Below are positions 25,900 to 37,176 of a DNA stretch of 64,000 nucleotides, piece by piece. Where the stretch lies: the NCBI GenBank assembly GCA_951406725.2, contig OX597816.1, positions 81,840,001 to 81,904,000 of the forward strand, in the 5' to 3' direction. This DNA is from Octopus vulgaris. Its lineage: Eukaryota. The first letter of the stretch is position 1. The number at the start of each line of letters is the position of its first letter. The notes below the pieces were generated by a model. It was not told the DNA's origin. It ran no database searches and saw only the letters and a program-made list of their open reading frames with translations. The position numbers and the translations under genes are program-made.

Positions 25900-27478
25900 T
25901 GCATAAATCTGATATAAATAAAAAAAAAAGTGCAATAAATCATCCAGTCATCTCAAGCAGGTGACAAAAAGGGCAGTGCTTGAATTTGAGAAGCGCATAG
26001 CAACCAACCCCAACTCTAAGGCGTTCTGGAAATATGTACGTTCAAAGCAGAGACCTCACTCTCCAGTTGGTCCTCTTCACAATCCCAGATTACTGACGAT
26101 CCCAAAGAATGTGCAGAACTCATTGCTGAATACTAAGCAGGCATTTTTACTGTTGAAAACCAAAACATACCATCTCCACCACCTCTACATGAAATTCTAT
26201 AACAACTAAGGAATTTACAACTGCAATGTAACCTTAAGTGCAACTATGCCTCTCCTGATCTTGATGGTGTTATGTACCTGCTTCTCAAATGTGATGGGTA
26301 CTTTCTCCTACACCAGCTTTCACTCTTCTTTCAGTTTGGTCTTAACTGGTTGGAGTCCTTCATTCTCAGATGAAAAGAGGTAGTCACGGTCCTAGGACAG
26401 CATTCTTCACCCTATGTGATGTCATCTGGTGTACTACAGGGATGTGTTCTTGGTCCCCTATTCATTAACGACATAGATGCCAACTTAAAGAATGCCACAG
26501 TGCTGAAATATGCAAATGACATTAAGCCATATCTCAAGATAAAAAGGACATATCCTGAACACTACAGATCTTTCCTGCAATCAGACCTGGACACAATGTA
26601 ACAATAGATCATGGACTGGCAACTCAAGCTGGCTGTGAACAAGTGTACCACCATGCATTTTGGGAGGAAATACCCAGCAACCACATTCTCCCTCCACAAC
26701 ACTAATATCAAGAAGTTTTCTCATGAACATAATTGGGGCATTACTATCAGCAGTGATTTGTGCCAAAGCACATCTCTAAAATTGTCAAGAATGCTGAGGG
26801 TGTCTTGGCATCACTCAGCAATACTTTTGTCAGCCACTCTCCAGCTATCTATTTAAGGCTGTATATAGCTATGGTGCAACCGCACTTGGAATTTGCATCA
26901 CCAGTCTGGAACCCCTATCTTGCTCAGGACATTGACCTCCTATAAAACTGTTCAGAGATGTGCAACCAAGTGAATACCCTCCATCAGGCATCTACCATAC
27001 TCTGAATGCCTTGCTTCCCTGGGCGTAGATACATTGAAGCTCTGATGTATGGCAACTGACTTGGTAAAAACCCATAAAATTATTACTCATCATGCCAACA
27101 ACCACCTTGAGCACCTTTTTGAGCTCCATGTGTCTAACACACATGGGCATGCCTTCAAAGTCAGAAAACAGCATAGCTCCCATGACTTTCAGAAACATTT
27201 TTTCACACTCAGAGTTGCTGAAGCATGGAATAAACTACCTGCCTCAGTTGTTAGCTGCTGAGATATTGCATCCTTTAAAACCTCCATGCTTTCTGAAATT
27301 TAGCAACATTACACCTGATATCCACCCCCACTCACCTCAATATGCATGCACACATGTATATCAGGACTCATACACTGTTCACTTTCCTGACATTTGTACA
27401 TAATTCTATGTACTATACATGCACCTTTGATTAGTAGTGCACCTGAGCACTATACACAATAATTTCATTATTATTATA
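25900..27478 (+). mobile_element. Degenerate CR1-like LINE (RT to 3' tail)
   Basis: KAFWKYV, SGVLQGCVLGPL, KYANDIK (YADD-like), PHLEFASPVWNPY, THGHAFKV..RKHFFTLRVAEAWNKLP; ends in (ATT)n. Confidence 0.88.
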
Positions 27479-28549
27479 TAACTAGTTAGGAAGTGATAGG
27501 TGGTGGTGGGCGTCTTGAAGAGGAAAGAAATAGGGTAAAGGGCCCAGTCGTGCCTGTGTGTGTGTGTAGTTTGAGTTCAACAAGCAGTATAGCACTTGAT
27601 CAGAGAGTAAAAATATTACCGTAAATAAGAAACATACAACTCTTGTGAAATTCAATAACCCAGGGTTTCTTGGATGAAATATAAAATTTATTTTGCCATT
27701 TTGTAATCAGGTGAAGTCAGTAATATGGTTTGGTAATTGCAATTAATGTAATTAAAGTTTGAATGAGCACATATATTGAAAATAAAAAGTGATCATGAGG
27801 GTATAATTTACAGCAAGTATAGCAATTTTTTCTTGACAACCATTGAAAATTTCAAACGAATTCTGGAATAGGCTATGCTCTACCTGGTGATTTATCTTTA
27901 ATTCCCTCTAAATTGTACTTTGTACAATGCAGACATGAAAAAATAAAAATCTCAATTTTGGTATTTATACAGGTGTGCAATATATCCTCCGTAATTTATG
28001 AGACACTGGTAACAGCAAATTATGGCCCTGGCCAGAGAGAAACCAAACGATATATAGGGTTTGTGGAAGAGAAATTTAAATCCAGATCAATAACTATCTT
28101 TCTACCTTTAGGCATCCATGGAAGAGATATATGTTTCTTTCAACATTAATCTAGAGACTTAAAGATGCCAGAATCAACTACAACAACAATTGGAAGATCC
28201 TTTCTAAGACCAGATCTTATATCAATAGGTCAAAAAGATGTGTATGCTCACTTGAAAAACTGCATTTTTTAAAGAACCCAAGAACAGTATAAATACCAAA
28301 AGCAAGATTTTTTTTTATCATCTCTGCATTTTACAAAGTATATCTTAGCAGGAATTTTAAAATAAATCACCAGACAGACCATAACCCATTCCAGTGTTGG
28401 TTTATGAAAATTTCAACATTCGTTAAAACAAAACAAAAGCCATGGTCGTGCAGTTATCTCCCTTTGAACGCTGCCTTTTTCAATATACATTTTCTCACTC
28501 AAACTTCCAACACGGCGGTTCCCAACCTTTTTACAGTAGTTTCTAATAA

Positions 28550-28947
28550 TCTTTATATATAAGGGAGAGGTTGTGTGCTGTCTGTCTCCTACGATTTAGA
28601 TTCCTAACTACTTCCACATTTTGCGGTGCAGTTTAACCAAAACCGGGTATCTTATAGTCGTGATTCATATCGAGCACTTCTGGGTATTAGCGCGCGTCTA
28701 CGATGAGTCTACGATTAAAAAAAAAAATTACCATCAATTTTCCCCATTTTTAATGCATTTTTGGCATATATAAGGGAAGTAACTCTCTAAAAATTTATTA
28801 TTAAATCTCAGAACGTAAAAAGCTACAGTAACACCCCCTTCCTTTGTGGTTAGCCATATTGAGATGGCTATTATACTTTACATCTCTAAAAATGCTTATG
28901 TAGTTATTTCCCTTACAAATCCGAGCAATGCTGGGCGATACTGCTAG
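28550..28947 (+). mobile_element. Non-autonomous Helitron
   Basis: A|TC start, CTAG|T end, subterminal hairpin CCGAGCAATGCTGG; near-identical second copy at 35122-35515. Confidence 0.88.
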
Positions 28948-28999
28948 TTTAATTTAAATGAGTTTTTCCATGGACCCCTTTTAATATGCTTATCCTTAT

Positions 29000-29029
<30 letters not shown>

Positions 29030-29035
<6 letters not shown>

Positions 29036-29760
29036 TTAATAAGGGTGAGAGAATTAGATATTAATTTAATAGTATGTCTATTCAACACCAAGTGGCCTAG
29101 TGCTCCGAGAAACCTGGATAATTATAATATTTTATAATATATTATAATATTTTTACAAAATAAATATAAGAGAGTGGTCACTATATGGCTCACTCTAGCA
29201 CCAGTTAATCCAAAAGGTTTCAACCACAAAAATACATGTTTCCCATGAAAGTCAGTACGATTGTTAGCTCACACGGACAGGGCAAATAAAAAATAACAAA
29301 AATACAGATTATTTTGGGACAATTGTTTCGCTATTAATGAATTAAATGTAATTTTACTTACAAAAAAATCCACTTGTAGCTCGTCAGCCAAAACTATCTG
29401 GATGAAATCCACTCAATCACACGCCAGATTTTACCATAACGATAAATACACGTGTGGTTCAATTGATTACATCCGACGTTATAATTCAAATGCCCCAACT
29501 AACAGCGCGCCAAACTTTCACGGAAAACAAATACTGCACTTAGAAATAAATGCAGCATAATTATAATTAATTAATAAGGGTGAGAGAATTAGATACTAAT
29601 TTAATAGTATGTCTATTCAACACCAAGTGGCCTAGTGCTCCGAGAAACCTGGATAATTAGGTATGACTTTCATGGGAAACATGTATTTTTGTGGTTGAAA
29701 CCTTTTGGATTAACTGGTGCTAGAGTGAGCCATATAGTGACCACTCTCTTATATTTATTT

Positions 29761-29762
<2 letters not shown>
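29030..29762 (-). mobile_element. Penelope-like/retrozyme-like repeat with direct and inverted partial repeats, inserted in (TA)n
   Basis: ~95 bp direct repeat (29030-29124 and 29563-29659) and ~98 bp inverted repeat (29157-29254 and 29664-29761); carries a hammerhead. Confidence 0.7.
29305..29400 (-). ncRNA. Type I hammerhead ribozyme motif with intact core
   Basis: Minus strand: CAGATAGTTTTGG-CTGACGA-GCTA-(AT-rich loop)-TAGC-GAAAC-AATT-GTC^CCAAAATAATCTG. Stems I, II and III all pair and the cleavage triplet is GUC. Confidence 0.8.
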
Positions 29763-29801
<39 letters not shown>

Positions 29802-30001
29802 CATACATACAGCAATAATAAGTCTCTGAGTGAGATGTAAACAGTCGCAGCACGACATCATGAAGTATGCCACCTAAATGTGGCTGACGCATATGGAACA
29901 GTGCTACTGCAGTTTATAGCCCCAGAAAGACATCTCTTCCAGCTGGCTAATGACACACTGTCTTGGCCCTATCAGAATTTGTAACGGGAAATATATATAT
30001 A

Positions 30002-32096
30002 TGGTTGCTGCCACTATGAAAGGTTGCTCAATAAAGAAAATGAATGGGAGAAAGAGAGTCTGCCGAATGTCAACCCAACAGAAGGACCAGCTATCCGAGT
30101 TGACAGTACCTTGGTAGATAAAGCAATTAAAAGTATGAAGACAGGGAAAGACCCCGGCTCATCAGGAATCACTGCAGAGATGCTCAAAATATCTGGCTGT
30201 ATTGGCTATAGCCTAGTCACCCGTATAGTTAACCAGGTGATACACGAAGGAGTCATACCTAATGACTGGTGTAGCAGCATAATAGTCAACTGGTACAAAG
30301 GTAAAGATGACGCTTTAGATACAAATAATTACAGAGGTATCGAGTTGTTGGATCAAGTAATGAAGGTCACGGAGAGGGTCATAGCCCAACTAATTAGGGA
30401 GAGAGTCAGTTTAGAGGAGATGCAGTTTGGGTTCGTGCCAGGGAAAAGCACCACTGATGCTATATTTCTGGTAAGACAGCTGCAGGAGAAATACTTAGCC
30501 AAAGATAAACCTCTGTACCTGGCTTTCGTTGACATAGAGAAAGCCTTTGACAGGGTCTCCCGATCCCTTATCTGGTGGTCAATGAGGAAACTAGGGATAG
30601 ATGAATAGTTAGTGAGAGCTGTGCAAGCCATGTACAGGGACACTATCAGTAAAGTGAGAGTTGGTAACGAGTACAGTGAAGAATTCCAGATAGAGGTAGG
30701 GGTCCACCAAGGTTCAGTCCCCTCCTATTTACTATAGTCCTCCAGGCAATAACAGAGGAATTCAAGACAGGATGTCCCTGGGAGCTTCTCTTTGCAGACG
30801 ACCTTGCTCTAATTGCTGAGTCACTATCAGAACTAGAGGAGAAGTTTCAAGTATGGAAACAAAGATTAGAATTGAAGGACCTTAGAGTCAACCTAGCTAA
30901 AACCAAAGTCCTAATAAATAGGAAGGCAGGCAAACCACAAATCTCTTCTGTAGAAAAGGCGTAGGTAGAAACTCTATAAGATGTACGCAGTGTAAGCTAT
31001 GGACACATAAGAGGTGCAGCAATATCAAAGGGAGGCTAACTGGGAAGATAGTTTTTATAAGTGGCATATACTCAGGAGCAATAACCACTGAAAATGTGCA
31101 GAGAACAACTTCCGCCACATTCCAGGGAGAAAAACTAGAAGTATTCGATAGCTTTCGTTACCTAGGGGACCAAGTCAGTAGCAGGGAAGGGTGCGCTGAA
31201 AGTGTAGTTGCTAGAATAAGAATAGCCTGGGCAAAGTTCAGAGAGCTCTTACCTCTGCTGGTGACAAAGGGCCTCTCGCTCAGAGTAAAAGGTAGACTGC
31301 ATGATGCATGTGTACAAACAGCCATGCTACATGGCAGTGAAACATGGGCTGTGATTGCTGAGGACATGTGTAAGCTAGCAAGGAATGAAGCCAGTGTGTA
31401 TACTCAACAGAGTGTAAGTACCTTGAGAGAAAAGTTGGACCTAAGAAACATCAGATGTGGTGTTCAAGGGGGACAACTGTGCTGGTATGATCATGTGGCG
31501 AGAATGGATGTGGATAGCTGTGAAAAAGTGCCACACCCTAGCGGTTGAGGGAACCTGTGGAAGAGGTAGACCTGGGATGAGGTAGTGAAGTATGACCTTC
31601 GAATATTAGGCCTCACCAAGGCAATGACTAGTGCCTGGGACCTTTGGAAATATGCTGTGCTTGAGAAGACTCAGCAAGCCAAGTGAGACCATAACCTCAT
31701 AGCCTATGCCAGGGGTGTAACCAGCCCACTTATGCATACCTTTCCTTCATTGGACACTAAACTCTGCTTGTGAAGACCTGTTGAGGCAAGTGAAATCGAA
31801 ATCAAATTCGATGACTGGCATCTGTGCTAGTGGGGCGCTAAAAGTACCATCCGAGCGTGATCGTTGCCACAGCAACAAACTGGCTTCCATACTGGTGGCA
31901 TGTAAAAAGCACCATTTGATTATGGCTGTTGCCAGTACCACTTCACTGGCTCTTGTGCCGGCAGCACATAAAAGCACCCACTATGTAGAAACTCTAACAG
32001 ATCAGATTGGAGCCTGGTCCAGCCATCTGATTCGCCAGTCCTCAGTCAAATCGTCCAACCCATGCTAGCATGGAAAGCAGACATTAAACGATGATT
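30002..32096 (+). mobile_element. 5'-truncated RTE-clade LINE inserted in (TA)n
   Basis: ORFs 30024-30608 (NYRGI..QFGFVPGKSTTDAIF..KAFDRV) and 31096-31548; 3' UTR ends AAACGATGAT; same family as 1-1975. Confidence 0.93.
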
Positions 32097-33749
32097 ATAT
32101 ATATATATGAAATTTTGAATTTAGTTTACGGATCCCCAGTACTACCTTCGTGGACCACCAGAGGTCCGTATCCTCCACGTTGGGAACCACTGCTCCAATA
32201 CATCAAACACAGCTACTAGACCATATTGCTGGCTTTACCAGCTTAAAAAATGGCAAAACAAATTTAGTATTCCAGCCAGAATATCACAAGACTTATGCAC
32301 TTCTTATTTATAACTACAAGTACCTATAGAAATTCCATGATAGACACATTTTTTTAGATGGTTAGAAGTTTATATAAAATTATTAATATTACTGTTTCTT
32401 TTGAAATTGTATATTTTGCATGGTTTTCATAAAAAAAATTCAGTTCCTCTGGATGAGAGATTCTTTTATAGATCTAAGAGTTTTACAATGACTACAGATG
32501 TCCCAAATGTAACTTTCAACCATGTTTACAGTTTTTTGATGTTCTTTCTCATTTTCTACCTTGAACACTTCTTTGATTCACATTTTCTCTTCTATGCAGC
32601 ACCAGTTATGGGTTTGGTGATTTGAGCCTCTGCTTCTCTTTGCATCATTGCCTACACTGTCTCATTCTTTATTTTGTTAGCTTACATTGTCTGTCATCTA
32701 TAATATATAAACAAATATCAATTCCCAAGCAAGCAGATGATAAATAATTGCACTTATGCACATACATTGTTGGGCAATATAAAAAAGTTAGATCATTAAA
32801 AAAAAAAAAAAAAACTACATTTCACTATCTTCACCAACATCATTATTGTTTTCAGTAACAAAGCTGTGTCTACGTTGTTTGCCAACCAAAATTATTTTCA
32901 TTTCCTTTTAGTTCAGTTCAGCTGTTTGTTTATATCTTTCTTTTCTTTTTGTCGATGTATCGATCTTTAACAATACAAAATTTAAATAAATTAAAAAAAC
33001 AAAAAAAAACAAAAACAACTTCCATAGCAATTTTCTTATTTCACCTTCATTGAAAAATCTATCTATAAGTTTCTTATTATATCTAATACAAGTCTTCTTT
33101 CCACCATCCACCCATCAATGTTTTGTCAATGAGTAGATAGATAAATAGATCGACAGATAGAAGATATAAAAAAACTAAATATTAAAATGTTATTTTGTCA
33201 TTCACAATAATATATGATGTTTAAAATTTCCCTCTGCTAAACACTTAAACTCTCTCTCTCTTGCTACCTCTTACTTTAACTTTTTAACCATGTTATTCCT
33301 CTCTTCATGCTGTTATACTTTCTCTTCACCTTCCACTAACTGCATGACAGTGTAATGCATCAGCTGGTATAAGAGATGTAGGACTTTAAGTGTGATTGCT
33401 TTAAAGGACTACTAACATGGATTTATGTGGAGTGATAGATTTGGTGATAATGTATTTAAAATTCATACAAGTGAACAATATCGTCATTGACTTTATCATT
33501 ATATTAAATTAATTTATGTTTCTGCTAACTCCTAATAAAGCATCCAGAAATTTATGCATTGATATCATTGAACAATATAGTCTCTTTATTATTCAATTAA
33601 ATTAGTTCCTGTGTTTTACATTCTTTAACTCACTTTTAAATTAAGATTTGGGGTGGGGGAATGATTAGTAGAGGGGGCAGGCAAGGCTGAAATATCCATT
33701 TACAGATCTGCAGGAGTTGACAATATCACTGCAACAAAATGTAGAGAAA

Positions 33750-34370
33750 ACTGAGCTAAGGAACAGCACAATGAAAATGAAAGTGGACAATAACATAGAT
33801 CAAGAAGCAACTACCAAGGTCAGCCAGCACAAGATAGAAGTGAACCAACTTTGGGCAGAGTTGTAAGCAGCACCGGTGATGTAATTCTGCTGCAGAATTG
33901 AGAAGGCAGCAACATTGTTTCATTTAGGTGGCCTTAAATATCAGCACTGATGTGAAATTTCATCTATATAACTCCATCATTCTGCCTACTGCAACCTATA
34001 CCAGCAAGATTTGGAAGAGCACATCAAGGACAGACAAAAAATGTGTATTCTATCAAAAGGTATTTAGGAAAGATCGTGAGTGTCAACTGGCAGGACTATG
34101 TCACAAATGAGGAGTTTCTGAAATAATTAAGGTCATGATCACTACAAAAGATTGTAGCAGAGAACTGATTCTGCCTGGCTAGCCTCATTCTGACTAGATG
34201 ATCAAAGCATCCCGAAAACAGTCATGAGGTGGGTACCACCTGAAGGCAGGCCAAAGATCACTTGGCAGATGACCTGAAAATAGTCACCATTACATGGAAT
34301 GAATGTGCAAGAGCAGCAGTTGACTGAATCCAGTGAGGGAAGCTTGCCATCAAAGGTGCTGAGAATCATG
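33750..34370 (+). mobile_element. Old RTE-like LINE C-terminal relic (different family)
   Basis: KFHLYNSIILPTATYTSKIW, W...VTNEE and MRWVPPEGRPKITW remnants. Confidence 0.55.
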
Positions 34371-35121
34371 TAGGTGGGGAGTGGGACCTAAAGCCAAGAA
34401 GCTAATGGAAAGGATGTTAAAATGATTAAGTAAAGACAACAGGCTGGTGGGACTCATAAGATCACTCAGTACATTGGGTGAAGAAATGTTCAAGATATCA
34501 TACCAACTCAAAAGAGTGGAATCAGTATGGCTTACATCTTGTATTTGATACAAGTGAGGTTGATATATGAAACAAATCACTAACATCCACTTGTAAAGAG
34601 TAATATGTTTTAAGGTTTACTTTTAATTCTGATACATATATGAGAAAAATTATCAAAACTCAGAAAATATACTGACTAGAAGACTATGAACTCCTCAATA
34701 AAATTGCATCCAACCAATGAATGAACTGAAATGGTGGGAAACCCTATCAAGTGATAGTTGAAATAGAAAATGAAAATATATTGACTGAATCAGAGAAATA
34801 AAGAAATATGTCCAATAAAGAAAAAATTAAGAAAACACATTGGCTGGAAAAGCTTACATAGAAATCCAGAAACAAAAAGACAACATAACATGATATTTAA
34901 TCAGATAAAGAAAAGTCAAAGTAATTTGAGAAGGGTCTATCAAAGAGAGTAAAGAAAAATCCACAAGTAATATGCAAATTCATTAAAGGCTAAATTAAAA
35001 ACTAAGTGAAATAAATGAGCTGTATTAGAGTTAGAATAATTTACACCCTAGGCAAGTAGATGATGAACACAAGACTTGCAAATTTCATCGTCATTTAATG
35101 AAGAAAAAGATTTCAGTATTA

Positions 35122-35515
35122 TCTTTATATATAAAAGTGAGGTTGTGTGCTGTCTGTCTCCTACGATTTAGATTCCTAACTACTCCCACATTTTGCGGTG
35201 CAGTTTAACCAAAACTGGGTATCTTATAGTCGTGATTCATATCGAGCCCTTCTGGGTATTAGCGCATGTCTACGATGAGTCTACGATTTAAAAAAAAATT
35301 TACCATCAATTTTCCCCATTTTTAATGCATTTTTGGCATATATAAGGGAAGAAACTCTCTAAAAATTTATTAAATCTCAGAACGTAAAAAGCTACAGTAA
35401 CACACCTCCCTTTGTGGTTAGCCATATTGAGATGGCTATTATACTTTACATCTCTAAAAATGCTTATATAGTTATTTCCCTTACAAACCCGAGCAATGCT
35501 GGGCGATACTGCTAG
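35122..35515 (+). mobile_element. Non-autonomous Helitron (second copy)
   Basis: A|TC...CCCGAGCAATGCTGGG...CTAG|T; near-identical to 28550-28947. Confidence 0.88.
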
Positions 35516-35739
35516 TAATAGATAAAATGCTAAAATTTGAAGAACAAACTGCAAAATATCGAAAGGGCAAATGAGATAATAGGTCTAAGAACTTTGAAAT
35601 TCACAAGAACATTTGTACTGAGTTGTGATAAGAAAAGTAAATAATTCACTTCAGGGATAGATTAATCTAAAGGACTTTCAGATAATCTGGCAAAAACCAA
35701 AGTCCCAGTAAGTAGCAAGACAGAAAAATCACAAATCAC

Positions 35740-36722
35740 TTCAGGGAGATGGCCCTGATCAATATGTAAGAAGGCCTTTGGTAGAAACTCTGTATGTTGT
35801 ACCCTGTGCAAGCTTTGGACACAAGGTGCAGCAGCATCACAGGAAGGTTAACAGAGAATATAGTCTTCATGTGTAGCAATTGCAAGCACTAAAATTGTGC
35901 AGACAATAGACTCAAATGTTCAGGGGGATCATTAAAAGTTGTAGATAGTTTCCATTTCCTAGGAGACCAAGTTAGCAATGGTGAAGGAAGTTGTGAAAGT
36001 GTAGCTGCAAGAACAAGGTAGGGCTGGGCAAAGTTCTGAGAGCTTCTACCTTTGTCAGTGACTAAGGGCCTCTCCCTCAGAGTGATAGGCAGATTGCATG
36101 ATATCTGTGAACGCACAGCTATGTTAAATAGCAGTGAAACATGGTCTTTAACTACAGAGGACTGACAAAAGCTTGAAAGAAATGAAGCTAGCATGCTCTG
36201 CTGGATGGGTAATGTCACTATGCATGCACGACAGAGTGTAAATGATTTAAGAGACATCAGATATTGTGTGCAAGAAAAAACTCCACTGGTTTGGTCATGT
36301 GGTGTATACAGATGAGGACAGCTGCATAAAGAAGGGCCACTAATTGCGGAGAGAGTACCTGTGAAAGGAGTAGACCCAAGAAGATATAGTGGCAAGAAAG
36401 GATCTGCAGACACTGAGCCTCACTGAGGAAATGACAAGAGACCAGGAGGTGTGGCTATTTGCTGTACTTGAAAAACGTGTCAAGCTAAGTAAAAAAATCA
36501 GTCTTCAAACTCACAGGCTTGTCCTTTCAGGTGCTGGTGCCGCATAAAAAGCACCCATGCTTGTGGCACATGAAAAGGACCCAGTACACTGTAAAATGGT
36601 TGGCATTAGGAAGGCATCCAGCCATAGAAACCATGCCACAACAGAAAATTGATGTCTAGACAACTCCATATCAAACTGTCCAACCAATGCCAGCATGGAA
36701 AATGGACATTAAATGATGATGA
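35740..36722 (+). mobile_element. Degenerate RTE LINE 3' part
   Basis: Decayed PHD, FHFLGDQVS and SETW segments; 3' UTR ends TTAAATGATGATG. Confidence 0.8.
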
Positions 36723-36728
36723 GATTTA

Positions 36729-37176
36729 TGTACATTATTTACAATTGACAGATATTTGTCCTCATCCTGTTTGTTGTTAACACAACATTTCGGCTGATAT
36801 AACCTCCAGCCTTTATCAAGTGTCTATTTCGGCTGATATAACCTCCAGCCTTTATCAAGTGTCTAGGGGAAATTTCGAACCTGGGATCTTGTTCCTAAGG
36901 TATTTTTCAATATTATTGTTATTCAGGTCACTGCCTGGAATCGAACTTGGAATCTTGGGGTTAAGAGCGCAGGCTACTAACCCCAAGATTCCAAGTTCTG
37001 TTCCAGGCAGTGACCTGAACAACATCATTATCATTGAAAAATACCTTAGGAATGAGAACCTAGGTTCAAAATTTCCCCAAGACACCTGATAAAGGCTGGA
37101 AGGTATATCAGCCAAAATGTTGTGTTAACAACAAACAAGATGAGGACAAATATCCGTCAATTGTAAATAATTTACA
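36729..37176. mobile_element. Head-to-head palindrome of a tRNA-headed, hammerhead-bearing SINE-like element
   Basis: ~200 bp arms around a 14-nt spacer. B box GTTCGATTCC (36937-36946, minus). Hammerhead-like GACAC-(C/T)TGATAA-A-GGCTG..CAGCC-(G/A)AAAT-GTT-GTGTT in each arm. Confidence 0.75.

Larger units (their letters stand above)
28513..32192 (+). mobile_element. hAT (Charlie-like) MITE split by nested insertions
   Basis: TIRs CGGCGGTTCCCAAC (28513) and GTTGGGAACCACTG (32192); 8-bp flanks TTCCAACA and CTCCAATA match at 6 of 8 positions (decayed TSD). Confidence 0.75.

Noticed and set aside
36820-37115. Mirror-image ORFs on both strands
   Set aside because: Consequence of the DNA palindrome; no protein similarity.
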